Origin: Somniosus microcephalus
Taxonomy: Eukaryota
Direction: 5' to 3'
NCBI GenBank assembly: GCA_052327205.1
Contig: CM126220.1
Coordinates: 51,894,001-51,958,000 of the forward strand
Length of the DNA: 64,000 bases
A program made the translations under genes and the position numbers. Each line of letters opens with the position of its first letter. Within the stretch, counting starts at the first letter, position 1. The notes below the pieces were generated by a model. The model did not search any database, was not told the origin of the DNA, and saw nothing but the letters and a program-made list of their open reading frames with translations. Of this stretch, positions 50,175 to 63,289 are shown in pieces.

Positions 50175-52354
50175 ATAGAGTCAACATTTCGGGTCGAAAC
50201 CCTTCTACAGAACTGAGAGAAAAGGCAGGAAATGAAGGATTTTGCTTGGAGGAGCTAGTGTCAGTAGAGATCTAACCATTAATCGGAGTACTCCAGCTCT
50301 AATTGTATAGTCCGAGTTAATTTTAGTTCCCTTACACCACTGGGCTCAAAGATTGCTCCAACCCAATTGTATTTATGTTATCATGATATCTTCCTCCGCA
50401 CTTGCCTTTTTAAACAAAAAAATGATTTCCAATTTAATTTTATAATAAGAGGTCATGATGCATTTAAGGGGAAGCTAGATAAGTACATGAGGGAGAAAAG
50501 AATAGAAGGATATGCTGATGAGGTTAGATTAAATAGGGTGGGAGAAGGCTCGTGTGGAGCATAAAAACCAGCATAGCCCAATTGGGCCAAATGGCCTGTT
50601 TCTGTGCTGTAAATTCTATGTAATGGTAACTATACAATTGAGCAAAAAGCATTGCTTTTTTAAAATGTCTTTGTCCCGTTTCCTCTCTGATTTACTCCTC
50701 CACTCCAAGGACAGTTAATTATATCAGAGCATGGTTCCAGGGGTGCTGGCAAACCTCCCGTCCTTTGCCCAAGTGACCATTCTTCATGTTTGAGTCTGGA
50801 CTGTGAGTGCCAGCAAGCTCAACTGTCGGACCCATCGCAGCCAAGCCAGATCCTGCCTGCACCTGTCATCCACACACACTATCCAGCAGGGGTCACTGGA
50901 TAGTAATCAGGAGTGGGGAATCCAGGCCAGTTTCCCCCCCCCCGCCCCCGCGCTCCGAGCTCAAGGATGCAGAGCCTAATTGTAGCAACAATATTATTTT
51001 TAAAACAAAACTACTGCGGTTGTTTTTCCCTAGCATTTGTCAAGTCTGAATTAGGCATCTCATCTGGAAATAGAATGAGTCATTTGAGTCATGTCAACAA
51101 AACCTAGCCTTATGTAACTGGCTGGGTTTTAGTGGATTATTATTGCTTCAATCTCATTTTGTGCAAGGGTACTTCTGAAATGAAGAAGCGGTTCTATTAT
51201 TGTATTCTCTGCGTTAAAAAGTCTCACTGTGCAAAATGTGGCCAGATTAATGGGCCTATTGGGCAGTGGAGATGTTGGAGCTAAAATGATTGCTGTTATA
51301 TATTTGTCCCAAGCTGTCAGCTGCATAAACCAGAAACACAAACTGCACTGGCTGCCTGCTGCAGAACTGACATCACTCAATTCCCTGGAGATATGAGATC
51401 ACAAATGCCAAAGCTATGAATGATTATAATTGTTCAAAGCACAAAAGATTAGAGTGACAGCTTGTTATATGATCTCATCCCCAAGTCCCATGAGAGATCT
51501 GTGCTGTTTTATTGGGTGTTGCAGCATCGAGCCTATCCTACAGCACCAGGCATGGGGGAAAAGGATGACACGTGAATGTGGCTGTGTCAAATTTGACTCG
51601 TGGTCTTTGGAAGGCAAGCAGGTGACTTTTTATTCCTGTTGCAGTGACATCATTGCTATCTTCACAAGGAGCCATGGTTTCCACGCCAACTGTTGTGATG
51701 CAGCTGCTCTTGATGCAATTTTGTGTTTATACCTGTAAATATTTCAGTTGCAGCCATTTAAGCAAACAGTCAGATTAGGAAAATTAAATTCCCTCTTTAG
51801 GTTTGAAAAAAATTCACTTGTTAAGAATCAAGGTACTAATTGTTGGGATGTAAGCAAAATGCTGGTGTCTCTACAGAGCTAATCTGTCAGCATCTGACAA
51901 AAGAAAAGAGAAAAACAACTTGCATTCTTATAGTGCCGCTTACACTGCAGCACATCTGAGTGCTTTATAAGGTGTTGCTGACTTGGAGGTGTGAAGAATT
52001 AAAGGTGGGGAAGGAAAGAATGCAGAGTCAAACTAATAGGTTTTTGAAGAGACTTTTGAAGGAAGGGGAAAAAGGGATCAATGCTAAATGGCTTTTGGAG
52101 AGAGTTTCAAAGAGCAGAGATCTAGAGCTGTCTCTGATGACGACGCTGCAGGTGAGGGAGGGGGAGGCGGGTGAGGCATGCATCTGAGAAATTGATTCTT
52201 ATGTTAATGGCATGCATGAGGGTCTCAGTCACAGAGGGAGCAATTTTTGTTTTGCTGATGTTGAGCTGAAGGAAATTTCAGCTCATTCAAGACTTGGCGT
52301 CTGATGGGCAGTCAGATAGTGTGGCGCCTCCTTGCTCTATATCATGGTTGGCCT

Positions 52355-53001
52355 CTTTCCACCTCCAGAACATCGCCCGACTCCACCCCTGCTTCAGCTG
52401 ATCCGCTGCTGAAGCCCTCACCCATGCCTTTGTTACCTCTAGACTTGACTATTCCAACGCACTCCTGGCCAGCCTTCCCCGTTCTACCCTTCGTAAACTT
52501 GAGGTCATACAAAACTCTGCTATCCGTGTCCTAATGCGCGCCAAGTCCCATTCACCCATCATCTCTGTGCTCACTGACCTACATTGGCTCCTGGTTAAGC
52601 AACGCCTCGATTTTTAAAATTCTCATCCTTGTTTTCAAATCCCTCCATGGCCTCGCACCTCCCTATCTCTAATCTCCTCCATAACCCTCCCATAGCTGCG
52701 CTCCTCTAATTCTGGCCTCTTCAGCATCCCTGATTTTAATCGCTCCACCACTGGTGGCCGTGCCTTCAGCTGCCAAGGTCCTAATCTCCGGAATTCCCTC
52801 CCTAAACCTCTCCACCTCCCTACCTCTTGTTCCTCCTTTTAAGATGCTCCTTAAAACCAACCTCTTTGACCAAGCTTTTGGTCATCTGCCCTAATATCTC
52901 CTTATGTGGCTCGGTGTCAAATTTTATTTGGTAACACTCCTGTGAAGTGCCTTGGGACGTTTTACTATGTTAAAGACACTATATAAATACAAGTTGTTGT
53001 T
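52355..53001 (+). mobile_element. L2 LINE 3' end
   Basis: HAFVTSRLDYSNALLA motif and TACAAGTTGTTG tail. Confidence 0.88.
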
Positions 53002-53224
53002 GGCTGGGAGTGGTAGAGTTGGATGTTGTCATGAAACATGCGCTAACTGATCCTTTGCTTGAGGATAATGGCACTTAAACATAACATGTAGATGATAAAT
53101 AGGGTGGGACCAAGGATGGAGCACTGGGGCATATCATAGCTGGGAAACCATTTTGGAAATTTAGTAGTTTGTGTTAGGACAGATAAGAATGGAACTAGGA
53201 GAGGCTGGTGTGAATTTGTCAGAC

Positions 53225-53655
53225 ATGGATTAATGGAGCACTCTCATCTGAGTCAGAAGATTGTGGGCTAAAGCCCCAAGTCCAGAGACTTGTGCACGTA
53301 ATCTAGCCTGGCACTTCACTGCAGTACTGAGGGAGTGCTACACTGTTGGAGGTGCCAACTTTGGATGAGATGTATAAACCAGGGCCGCATCTGCCCTCTT
53401 AGGTGGCACTATTCAAAGAAGAGCAGGGGTTTTCTCTCCATGTCCTAGCCAACATTTATCCCTCACCCAACATTGCTAAATAAAAGATTATCTGGTCATT
53501 TACCTCATTGCTGTTTGTGGGACCTTGCTGTATGCATATTGGCTGCTGCATTCGCCTACATTACAGTAGGGACTACACTTCAAAAGTACTTAACTGACTC
53601 TTGAAGCACTTTGGGGTGTCCTGAGGACGTGAAAGGCACTATATAAATGCAAGTT
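53225..53655 (+). mobile_element. DeuSINE (SacSINE1-like)
   Basis: Plus-strand paralogue of 47171-47620. Confidence 0.8.
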
Positions 53656-55042
53656 CGTCAGTCAGTCAAGATGGACCACAAAAAATAGGCATTGGAGGAG
53701 AATTGAGCGATCAAATGTGCTGAAGGCAGTGAGTTAACCAAAGTATTAAGAAGGACAACAAGTCAGAGTCGCAGCAGTACAAGATGTCTTTTGTGGCATT
53801 CACCCGGTGCTGTGAAAAGACAAGTTCATTTTCCAGGTGAGACCTCCTTGTCAGAACAACATTAACCTCTTTCAGACTTTAACACACCTGCTGTGTATTT
53901 CTGGTATTTTCTTCCAGATCTACGGCATTTGCAGTTTTTCTTTTTAATCGGTGGTGTTGGTCTCAACTAGTCTATTAGTTATATTTCTATTTTCCACACC
54001 GGTTTTTCATTTTAGAGACAGAGGATGCTACTAAAATCATTGTGAATTATGAAATAGAACAAAAAACAACTATAAATTAGATTTACAGGTTAAATAATAT
54101 GGAACTTGTTCTTTTATTGAATAAAGAAGTCCGTCACATTTAATTGTAGACCCGAATCTCTAATTCTATTTCTATTCTAGTGATGCTGGCCAAAGTGAAT
54201 AGAAACCAGATCAACTTAAAGCTTCACTTTGGCATCACTGCTGTAAAATAATTTTATAAACAAAAATAGTGATTAGAAGACTGCCTTTTCATAAATGGGA
54301 CACAAGTTTGAATTCAGACCAGCCTACTGGAATGAAAAGCATCTCTCTCTGCTAGCTGTAAGAGTTCGAATTGAAGTGAGTTTGGGCACTCAACTCAATT
54401 CCCAGTGGTTACGAGTTCAGAGCTTTGAACAATGAGCATTGAACAGTTCTCCATGAATTGGCACTAAATGGATAATATCACAGAGAGAGGAGAAGGATGA
54501 CTGATCTTTGAAATACAAATTGTCACATTGATGCAGTAGGGGGCATGCTTCTGATGTTGGATGAAGGCTTATTGCTGGGGCAGTACAAAGAGGAACTTCA
54601 CCCTGCATCTAACCATCTGTACCTGACCTGGGAGTGCTTCGCGCTAAGATTGTATGGAAACTGTTCATTTGCTTACATTGGAAACCCTCAACCCATATAG
54701 AGCAGGAGAGTTATTAAAATTAAATAAATTTTAATAGTTTACGTAGCCACATACATTCATGTAAATTACCTTTTAGAAAATGCAATTGTGAAAATGTTCC
54801 TTAAAAAGGCATTACAGTATTACTCTTGTCTATTTTTGTTTAAGGGCTGTCACTCGTACTCCCCCACTCACTTTTATTTACAGAATGACAATTTGGGGTG
54901 GAACAATTTTACTTCTTATTGTGTTGCAATCAGTTAAATGTTGGCATTAAAGGAATATTGTTCATTAATGAGCACAGTTGGCCAGTTCTGCCCACCAGCA
55001 ACACCCTGACAATTGAAAATGTATAATCTAAATATATTACCT

Positions 55043-55417
55043 TGTAGGAATGCCTAGTTCCTATCCAAAGACTGAAGTCCACTCAGGCGCTCAAACAAAA
55101 CGAAGTTTAATGGAAACTAACAGGTTTAAACAAGTAACTGCAGGAGAACATCGAGTGTAGGTCTATTCAGTTCGGAGGCTCCACGAGGACTGCTGGCTGG
55201 TCCCGTGGTTGACGTCATGACGTCATCATGTTCTTCCCGCTAGTGGGGGATCACGTGATGTACGGCGTGACGTCATCGCATTTACCCGCGCTGTTAAAGT
55301 AATCACGCTCTGTACAAGTAAACAGCATAAATAAAGATACAGACTCGGGCTGTAGCTAACATGTTGTTAAAGGGAATTATATACAAACGATCTGAGTCCT
55401 TTAGTGGCTCCGCCACA
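55043..55417 (-). mobile_element. Probable solo LTR (375 bp)
   Basis: TGT...ACA termini; near-duplicate 4-bp flanks ACCT/AACT; CpG-rich in an AT-rich intron; ATTAAA on minus strand near 55110. Confidence 0.65.
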
Positions 55418-56299
55418 AACTTAAAAAAAAAGTTAGTGCATCCTCTCCTGATGGCACTGTGGATACGAAAACACCATGTGGTGTGGTGAGATCCAGAACC
55501 ATACTGACCAGGAAACTCCAGGTTTGATCTGTAGTCCTTGCTCCGTTAGCTCACTCACCTCAACCAGAGTAGCAGTGGGGATGCAACAGTTGCCTTTGGA
55601 GTTCCTGAGTTGGGAGGGGAAATTACTAAAGGTTCTTTGTCCTGATTGCTCTCTAGTAACCTTGGCTGGAAATTGTGCATATGTGGACATAGTGTGAGGA
55701 CAAGATGTGGTTCAATGTTCTGGAATCTCAGGCAGTTTGTCCACTTAGACAAAGTAACCCAATGGTTCCCTGTGGAACTGTACCCCGGTATAAGTTGTGC
55801 CCTTAAGAAGTGAAAGGGAGAAAATTGGGGGTAAGAAATAGCAGAGCAGCATTCCTGATACTTTCCCAGGTTGGTACTTTGAATGTTAGTGAGGTGAACT
55901 GACTGACTCCTGCCCACCCATAGCTTGATCTGTTTCCCAGGAGTGACATGATGTAATAGCAGACAGAGTTAATAGACTCAATATTAGGTCTGTCACTCCA
56001 GCTGAAGTGAAGGGACCTGGGTTAGGCATTTACCGGATAAACTTTTAAAATCGAGTTATATTGTTTGAAAGCACCCTTTAGAGTGATGGGTATATTAAAA
56101 ACAAGATAATACTCCTTTTCATCCCTGTCTTAAACCATTTTAAACCTGTAGACTGAATAGAACTTTCAGAGCATTTCTGAACAAAGTATCATTACTCTAA
56201 ACAACAACACTGGAATAGAAGTATCTGGTTGGTTTAAAAGCAAAGGTAAAATGTGTCTTATTCACAGTAGAATTAAATCTTTTAAAACTGTTTTTGCAG

Positions 56300-56449
56300 G
56301 GAACACTCTACCTTCTGATAGAAGAAATGAGCCAGTTATTGAGATCTTTGATACCTATCCAGCTATGGTACAAATGCATCATGGGAGGAGACTCCACCAA
56401 TAGCTACTTGTTGGAAGGCACCCTGATTGTTCTGTACAGTCTCTGCAAG
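56300..56449 (+). CDS. RNFT2: RNFT2 coding exon 6
   Basis: GTLYLLIEEMSQLLRSLIPIQLWYKCIMGGDSTNSYLLEGTLIVLYSLCK; TTGCAG acceptor, AAG|GTGAAT donor. Confidence 0.96.
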
Positions 56450-56804
56450 GTGAATACTCAGAAGCAAACAGAAGATGACTTGTTACAGAAACATTTTCTT
56501 CCTTTTTGTTTCTTGTGGTTTGCACAGGGGTGTACTGTTTTCAGTTTGCATTCATTCTATTTACAATTATGATGCATGAAATCAGAATAAAAATACATTT
56601 ATTGCATATGGGTCTTTGAGCGTTCTCCAGCTTTTAGACCTATTAATTGTTCTGCCAAAATAATCTTTGTAGGTCAACTACTGGTTTCACTAAGTAATTA
56701 TGAACAAGAGGTGCAATTTGAAACATTTACAACCTCGCTGCATTTTTGGAGAAGACTTCCTCTGTTTGAAATTTGTAGCAAGACCACAATTTGTAGCAAG
56801 ATAA

Positions 56805-57417
56805 TAAACTTAACTGGAGCAGCTACATAAATACTGTGGCTACAAGAGCAGGTCAGAGGCTGGGTATTCTGCAGCAAGTGTCTCACCTCCTGACTCCGCA
56901 AAGCCTTCCAACATCTACAAGGCACAAGTCAGGAGTGTGATGGAATACTCTCCACTTGCCTGAATGAGTGCAGCTCCAACAACACTCAAGAAGCTCAACA
57001 ACATTCATGACAAAGCAGCCCGCTTGATAGGCACCCCATCCACCACCTTAAACATTCACTCCCTCCACCACCAGCGCACCGTGGCTGCAGTGTGTACCAT
57101 CTACAAGATGCACTGCAGCAACTCGCCAAGGCTTCTTCAGCAACACCTCCCAAACCCACGACCTCTACCACTTAGAAGGACAAGTTCCCCTCCAAGTCAC
57201 ATACCATCCTCACTTGGAAATATGTCACCATTCCTTCATAGACGCTGGGTCAAAATCTTGGAACTCCCTCCCTAACAGCACTGTGGGAGTACCTTCACCA
57301 CAGGGACTGCAGCGGTTCAAGATGGCGGCTCACCACCACCTTCTCAAGGGCAATTAGGGATGGGCAATAAATGCTGGCCTTGCCAGCAACGCCCACATCC
57401 CAGGAACGAATAAAAAA
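56805..57417 (+). mobile_element. Non-LTR LINE 3' fragment, same family as 3490-5200
   Basis: Direct sequence similarity and the MSAAPTTLKKL ORF. Confidence 0.82.
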
Positions 57418-57596
57418 GTACCTCCTTTATATTCAAGTCTACAATTTTGCTACAAATAACAAACAGAGGAAATGTCCCAAACTCCTGTGGCATATGGATA
57501 ATTTATCATTTTATTGTATACTGCTTATCTTTGACAATTTATCCAACATTGTTTCTTTTGACCAGTAGTATATTCTCTCTTTGTAAAATGCTGCAG

Positions 57597-57662
57597 TTCT
57601 TGGATGTCTGTGGTCGAATAGGTGGTTTGCGAAAGGCCTTGAAGATCTTGTGTAAATCACAG
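57597..57662 (+). CDS. RNFT2: RNFT2 coding exon 7
   Basis: FLDVCGRIGGLRKALKILCKSQ; CTGCAG acceptor, CAG|GTAAAT donor. Confidence 0.95.
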
Positions 57663-59873
57663 GTAAATTGCGTTTGATCAACAGAAGCACTCTGCACCGT
57701 TGGCTATACTTATAACCAATTTCTGACAGGGAAAAGTACTAAGTGGAAACCAGTTATTTCCTTACAGGGAGGAAGGGAACATCCAAGGGGCTCTTCATCC
57801 CATGCTGTTGCTACACACTTGGAGGTCAAATTGAGAGCACTGGCAGAGACATGGCCGAAAGTGGTCTGTCCCAGATACAGAAGTGCCTAAAGGAAATGAT
57901 GAAAATAAATCTAAATGAAACAAAATTCTGAACTAGATTTGGTGTTTAGACACATTTGTCATTAAAATTGTTCAACATTTACTGTTACAGAAAAACCTGA
58001 GACTTGAGGTTGAGCATTAATCAGTGCTCAAAATTGCAGAGTTGGGAACATATCCATAAAAGCATTTTTAACTGTGTACACTCACCACGCAAGCTCTCAC
58101 TCATTCTGTAAGGAAAACCATCCGAAGTTGTGATTGCATCTCTTATAATTTATAGTTAAGTGCACTAAATGTTATAAAGTGTTTACGACCATGTTTCTCT
58201 GTCACATTTAAGCGTTAGTAACTCTCAGCTCAGGAAGGTTTACTGCAGTTGGTTGTAGCTGCCCGGGGAGCTATCGCTTTATTACTATCCAGTGACTTCA
58301 GCTGGAAATGGCATATGTGTGGACAGCGTTGATTGTTTGTGATGCCACCTACAGTTTATTAAGCCACTAACACTGCCCATGCTCACACATGCAGTGTGGC
58401 TAAGTGGGCAAGGTAGTGGAGGCCTATTAACGCCAGTGCAATTATACCCAGCATGACATACTGCCTTCAGGAAAAGAGGGTTAAGGAGAGAAAGCAGGAG
58501 GAACAGGAAACATTTACCTTTACCTTACAGCCACGCAAAAGTGACAGTACAACTCCAGAGTTAGGACCTAACCTGACTCCCAAGCAGTGAGACCTCCTCT
58601 GAAGAGACAGTTTCACACTGCTGGGGTTTAACACCACATGGGCCAAAACTCCAGTCCCATGTAATACCTGCCTTAAGAAGTGCTCATGGGTTCCTTTGAC
58701 CTCCTTGGCACTTTTTTTTTTACAAGCTTACAGTGCTGCTTTGAGTGCGTGGAAACTCCAGCCCACAAACTCAGGCCATTTAAAATGTAACAGCAAGGGG
58801 CAGAGCTCTGAGCATAAGCAGACGAGGCACAGGTGGAGCTCTTCCCTAAACCTGAGAATCTGATTTGAAGCGAGGGAGCATTCTCCCAGGATGAGATCAA
58901 TTCTGTAGGCTCTCAATCCTGGGCAAGTGAATACAGGTATGGTAGAGGAGTGGGTAGAGGATTGGAATAGCGACTCCAGAGGTCAGGAGCGCAAGTTTCA
59001 TTATGAAATTGAATTCAGTAAATCTGGTAATTTGTGGGGCTGGCAGCATAACAACGACTATGAAAGCTGCCAGATTATTGTAAAAACCCAGCTGGTACAC
59101 GCATGTCCTTCAGGAAAGGAAACCTGCCCACCTGGTCTGGCCCACCTGCCATTCCAATTGCTCACCATGTGGTTGACTCTTGATGCCCCTCTGAAGTGGC
59201 CGAGCAAACAATCACTACTATCTTCTCAGAGTAACTGGGGGAGCTGATAAATGGCATTGGGAGTGGGTCAACGTTCTGTCTTTACAAGGACACGAGAGTG
59301 TCGACATAAATGAAGAAGAAAATAAAACTTTTAAGTGGGGGCAAAAAGAAAATCTGTACCAAGTCAAAATAACTAGCCCTGCAAAAGACTGTGGAACTTT
59401 ACAACATAATTGATGCCTGAGACTAAAAGCTGCGTGGATTTTACAGCGACTGATGTAATCTTCAATTCCAGAGGAGCGTTTATGTTACGGGGTTGGATGC
59501 GGAGTCTATTGTAATTAGGTTATACGGCTCTTGACTTCACAACTGTGAAAGGGTCTCCTTGGTCTTTCAGCACAATTAGCATTATGTCAGCCGCACTTCT
59601 ATTACATAAAGTGAAACTTTCGCATTGATTTTTAGATTAATTTCTTCTTGGGACCAATGCCTTGTTTTGCGACTATCCTCAGTCTGCACAACTACATCTG
59701 CTGTTTTCCAAAGGCTGAAAAGTATCAAAACAATGGGAGACCCAGCATCAGCGCGCTTTATAAATTAAAGCCACAGTATTGGCACGATCTGCATTGGGTT
59801 TTTGTTGTTGTTGGAAAATAGCAATATTAAAGCTGTGCTTCTGACTTGCTGCAATTGCCTTCTCTCCTGGCAG

Positions 59874-59975
59874 AGCTGTGGCGTGCGAGCCACCAGCCAG
59901 CAGTGCAGCGAAGCCGGAGATATCTGTCCGATCTGCCAAGCAGAATTTCGAGAGCCTGTGATGTTGGTCTGCCAG
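59874..59975 (+). CDS. RNFT2: RNFT2 coding exon 8 (RING N-half)
   Basis: SCGVRATSQQCSEAGDICPICQAEFREPVMLVCQ; GGCAG acceptor, CAG|GTAGGG donor. Confidence 0.96.
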
Positions 59976-60431
59976 GTAGGGGAGAGAAAAACAAACAAAA
60001 AGACTCTGGATTGTTTTTAGCGGTTATAGAAAGGATTATTTCTGTGTGTGTGTGCAAACCGATCCTCAATGGTCTGTTAAACCCGGCGTTGCAAGCACTG
60101 GCCGAGAGTTTCCCTGAGCAAGATTTGATGGTTTTAATTACCTGATCAGCAGATACATGATAAGCGATCAGTCTGATTGTTACAAATGGGGGAGGTCGGT
60201 CCATTACCAGACAAACAGCCCTGTTAAGGCAGAGAAAAGTGACATTTATCATTGGTGCATTGCATTGGGAAGCGTGAGACATGACAAAAATCGAATGAAG
60301 CACTGTGCTTAAGAATCAATTTATAATTGTGGGAATGATATGTAAAGAACCAGCAGAGAACAGGCCTGTAGGGCCATTGGTGCTGTAGTGCACAGTACTG
60401 CTCGAAGCAGGGTTCACAGTTAGTACAGTGT

Positions 60432-60645
60432 AAACAGGAAATGCTGGAAATACTCCGCAGGTCAGGCAGCGTCTGTGGAGAGAGAAACAGAGTTAATGTT
60501 TCAGGTCGATGAATGTTCTGAAGGGTTATCGACCTGAAACTTTAACTGTTTTTCTCTCCACAGATGCTGCCTGACCCGCTGAGTGTTTGCAGCATTTCCT
60601 GTTGTATTTCAGGATTTCCAGCATCCGCAGTATTTTGCTTTTGTT
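60432..60645. repeat. Palindromic short repeat, Penelope-like terminal repeat type; partial copies at 26437-26525, 44098-44195, 47030-47170, 49278-49334/50175-50215 and about 53810-53940
   Basis: About 75-bp inverted arms (AATGCTGGAAATACTC.GCAGGTCAGGCAGC.TCTGTGGAGAG..) around a short spacer containing CTGA..GACCTGAAAC. Confidence 0.7.
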
Positions 60646-61189
60646 GATCATAGTTAGGGCCAGCTTTGCATCTTTAACAATACAGTTGCCATGTTGAGGG
60701 ACTTTCTTCAATGTGTTTGGAAGACACATTCGGCAGAAACCCAATTGTGGAGTAGGAGCACACAATCTTATTCATACGTTTATGAGCACTTTATTTCTGT
60801 ATCACACGTAGAGTGGGACAACATAAACTGTGTTCACGCGCAGCCTATCTACGTGTATTCAAGGCAATATATTTAAACATACAATCGAGTCTTAGATTTG
60901 AGTTGTATTTTTGAAAGGTGCACTGGGAGTTCTAATCAAAAGGTGGAGGCTTTAGAATGTGAAATTGCAGCGGCTAACGTGCACCCCGCCCCGCCCTTTC
61001 TTAATGAGAGGATTGAATTGCCACTGCATGCTTTCGGTGCTAGTGTAGAGAGATGAACGGTTCGGTTGTAGTGTGGCTGATGTGACTCCGTTCGCTTACC
61101 GGTACGTCTCCTGCAGCTTCACAAGTGCGGATCTCACTGATTCTGTTCTGTGCCCTTGTCTTCTCCACCTCCTCCTCCTCCTCCTCCAG

Positions 61190-61324
61190 CACGTCTTCTG
61201 CGACGAGTGCGCTTGCCTGTGGTTCGACCGGGAGAGGAGCTGTCCAATGTGCCGAACCGCTGTCATCGAGACCCTGCGCTGCTGCAAGGACGGGACCACC
61301 TCAGCGCACTTCCAGGTCTATTGA
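61190..61324 (+). CDS. RNFT2: RNFT2 last coding exon (RING C-half, stop)
   Basis: HVFCDECACLWFDRERSCPMCRTAVIETLRCCKDGTTSAHFQVY*; completes a C3HC4 RING; (CCT)n CCAG acceptor. Confidence 0.97.
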   Translation, partial: HVFCDECACLWFDRERSCPMCRTAVIETLRCCKDGTTSAHFQVY

Positions 61325-61508
61325 TGGCCCGCGTGGAATCGATCCACGGCGCTCGCTCCCCGCCGCAGAGACCTCTTTAGCACTTCCGCACTCCTCGGGG
61401 ATGCGTGTGAATGCAACTGTGCAACAGCTGGGATCGTGCTCAATGTTATTTAGTGCGAAGAAATTGTACAATCTCCACGTGCGACACTAATCATAACATA
61501 TGTAGCTT

Positions 61509-61514
61509 AATAAA
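61509..61514 (+). terminator. Candidate RNFT2 polyadenylation signal (alternative at 62212-62217)
   Basis: AATAAA about 185 nt after the stop codon. Confidence 0.45.
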
Positions 61515-63289
61515 TATTTCAAAATCAGCACGTGTCTGTTAGGTAAAGGTATTCTATATTTACGTTTTAAAAAGGCCTCGCTAAACAAGGGGAATGTATC
61601 CTAGCGTGGTTGTTTCAACATCAGCCTTCATCTTGCGGTTGGATATTCTATTAAATATGTTATTCTGTCACTTGATTCATGTGGTTTGCAGAAGGACATC
61701 TTCATGAAATATTTGTTTTCGCTCAATGCAAATTTAAGGTCCTTTAAATGATACCGGAGAACATGTTCTGGTATTGAAACATTTATTTAGAGTTTCAAGT
61801 TTATTTTTCAAACATTCTATGAAACAACAGACTAAAAAAGTAACCAAAGTCGTCATAAGTGTATTTACAATAAGACACTACTACAACTTTTTAAAAAATC
61901 TCGTACTTTTGTAATTACATGCAGTAACATCAACAATTGTATTCAACTGGTATAAAATTGCGGTAACAAATGTTACATTCCAAATTTAAAAGCATGCATG
62001 TTTTAGTTGTTCTGATGTCTTGTAAAATGTAACCAGTGCAGTTTTCCGGCCCAACTCCTTCACATTCCGGTAGTTTGTTCAGCCCAAGTCTGCGGCTGAG
62101 TTTCACTCCAGGGCAACGCTCTGACCTTTAGTGCGTCGACGGAATGACAGATACTCCACCTGTCACCTGCAAAGGAGGAGAAGAAATTCATTGCAGTGCT
62201 GCTTACTATTGAATAAAATAAAAGTAAAGCTCGTTTTCTGAAACGGAAGTTGCTGTAACTGCCTTTCCTCAGTAATCTCATGCACCACTTCTCTTGAAGG
62301 AGGCACGCGAACACTACTTTGGGAGCGATACTTGTGAGTTGGGCTTATGGAATTTGATTTAATACTGGTAACTTTGAAGTCATTTTCAGAAGAGAATAAA
62401 ACTCCTTAGTGCCTTACCGTAGTGGGGGTGGGGTGTAGCTGTGTCATAAGTGCTAGAGCAAATGTAAACTTGCTTGATAGTTGACTGAGCATGCAGCAAA
62501 AACATTATTAGTAAATAGCCCACAGCTCAGAAGACCATATCTTAAATTCAATCAAGATTATCTCTTCCCCCCTCCCCTCCATTTCCCCTCAGTTCTACTC
62601 TTCCTCTCCTTGGGAGGTAGCTCGTGCACTGGCGCACTGTGTCGCCCAAGTGGCCCCACAGTGAGAGTTGGCGGGCTATTTCACTGGTGGACGAGAAGAG
62701 TACTCAGCATGATTGTATCCTCAGAACACACACACACACGCGTTGCAGCTGGGGTGACTGGCCATGGATCAAAAGGAACGCTGGCTGATTTTCACCATCA
62801 GCTCTGAGATGGTCAGGCCAATTGTATCATCCCTGGTACTGTCCAGCTGAGATCAGCTGTCTCAATGAAGCCCGAGACTTTCCACAATATGGCTCAGTGC
62901 CACGCCACCAGGTGATCCAGAAGTTAGTTAATAGGCTCACTTTTAAAAAAAATTGCTGTCTTTGGAGTTCTGCATTTGGAACCCCTTGGTCAAAATGACC
63001 AATATTAAAACTGACTAGAAGTTCCCCTCCACAGATATTTACATTAAAAAAATTATGATATCAGCTTGTTTCTGGTTTAAATCAAGCTACTCCGGCAAGG
63101 CAAGATAATTATTTCAATGTTAGTATTAAAATAATAGGATCAGCATCTGAAGTTGTAGTTGATAATTGCACTCGTGTCGGAGCAAATTAAGTACTGTAGC
63201 TCGAATATGTTTAATCACAGTATTCGGGCGAATGCAAAGCCGACGGCTCCTCTTACCTGTTGAAGTCCAGATCCCAGGTGTCAAACTTC

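Noticed and set aside
61073-61189. In-frame upstream extension of the last RNFT2 exon with a poly-Leu stretch
   Set aside because: The (CCT)n run is the polypyrimidine tract; inclusion would split the RING finger, and the upstream CTGCAG acceptor at 61116 is out of frame.
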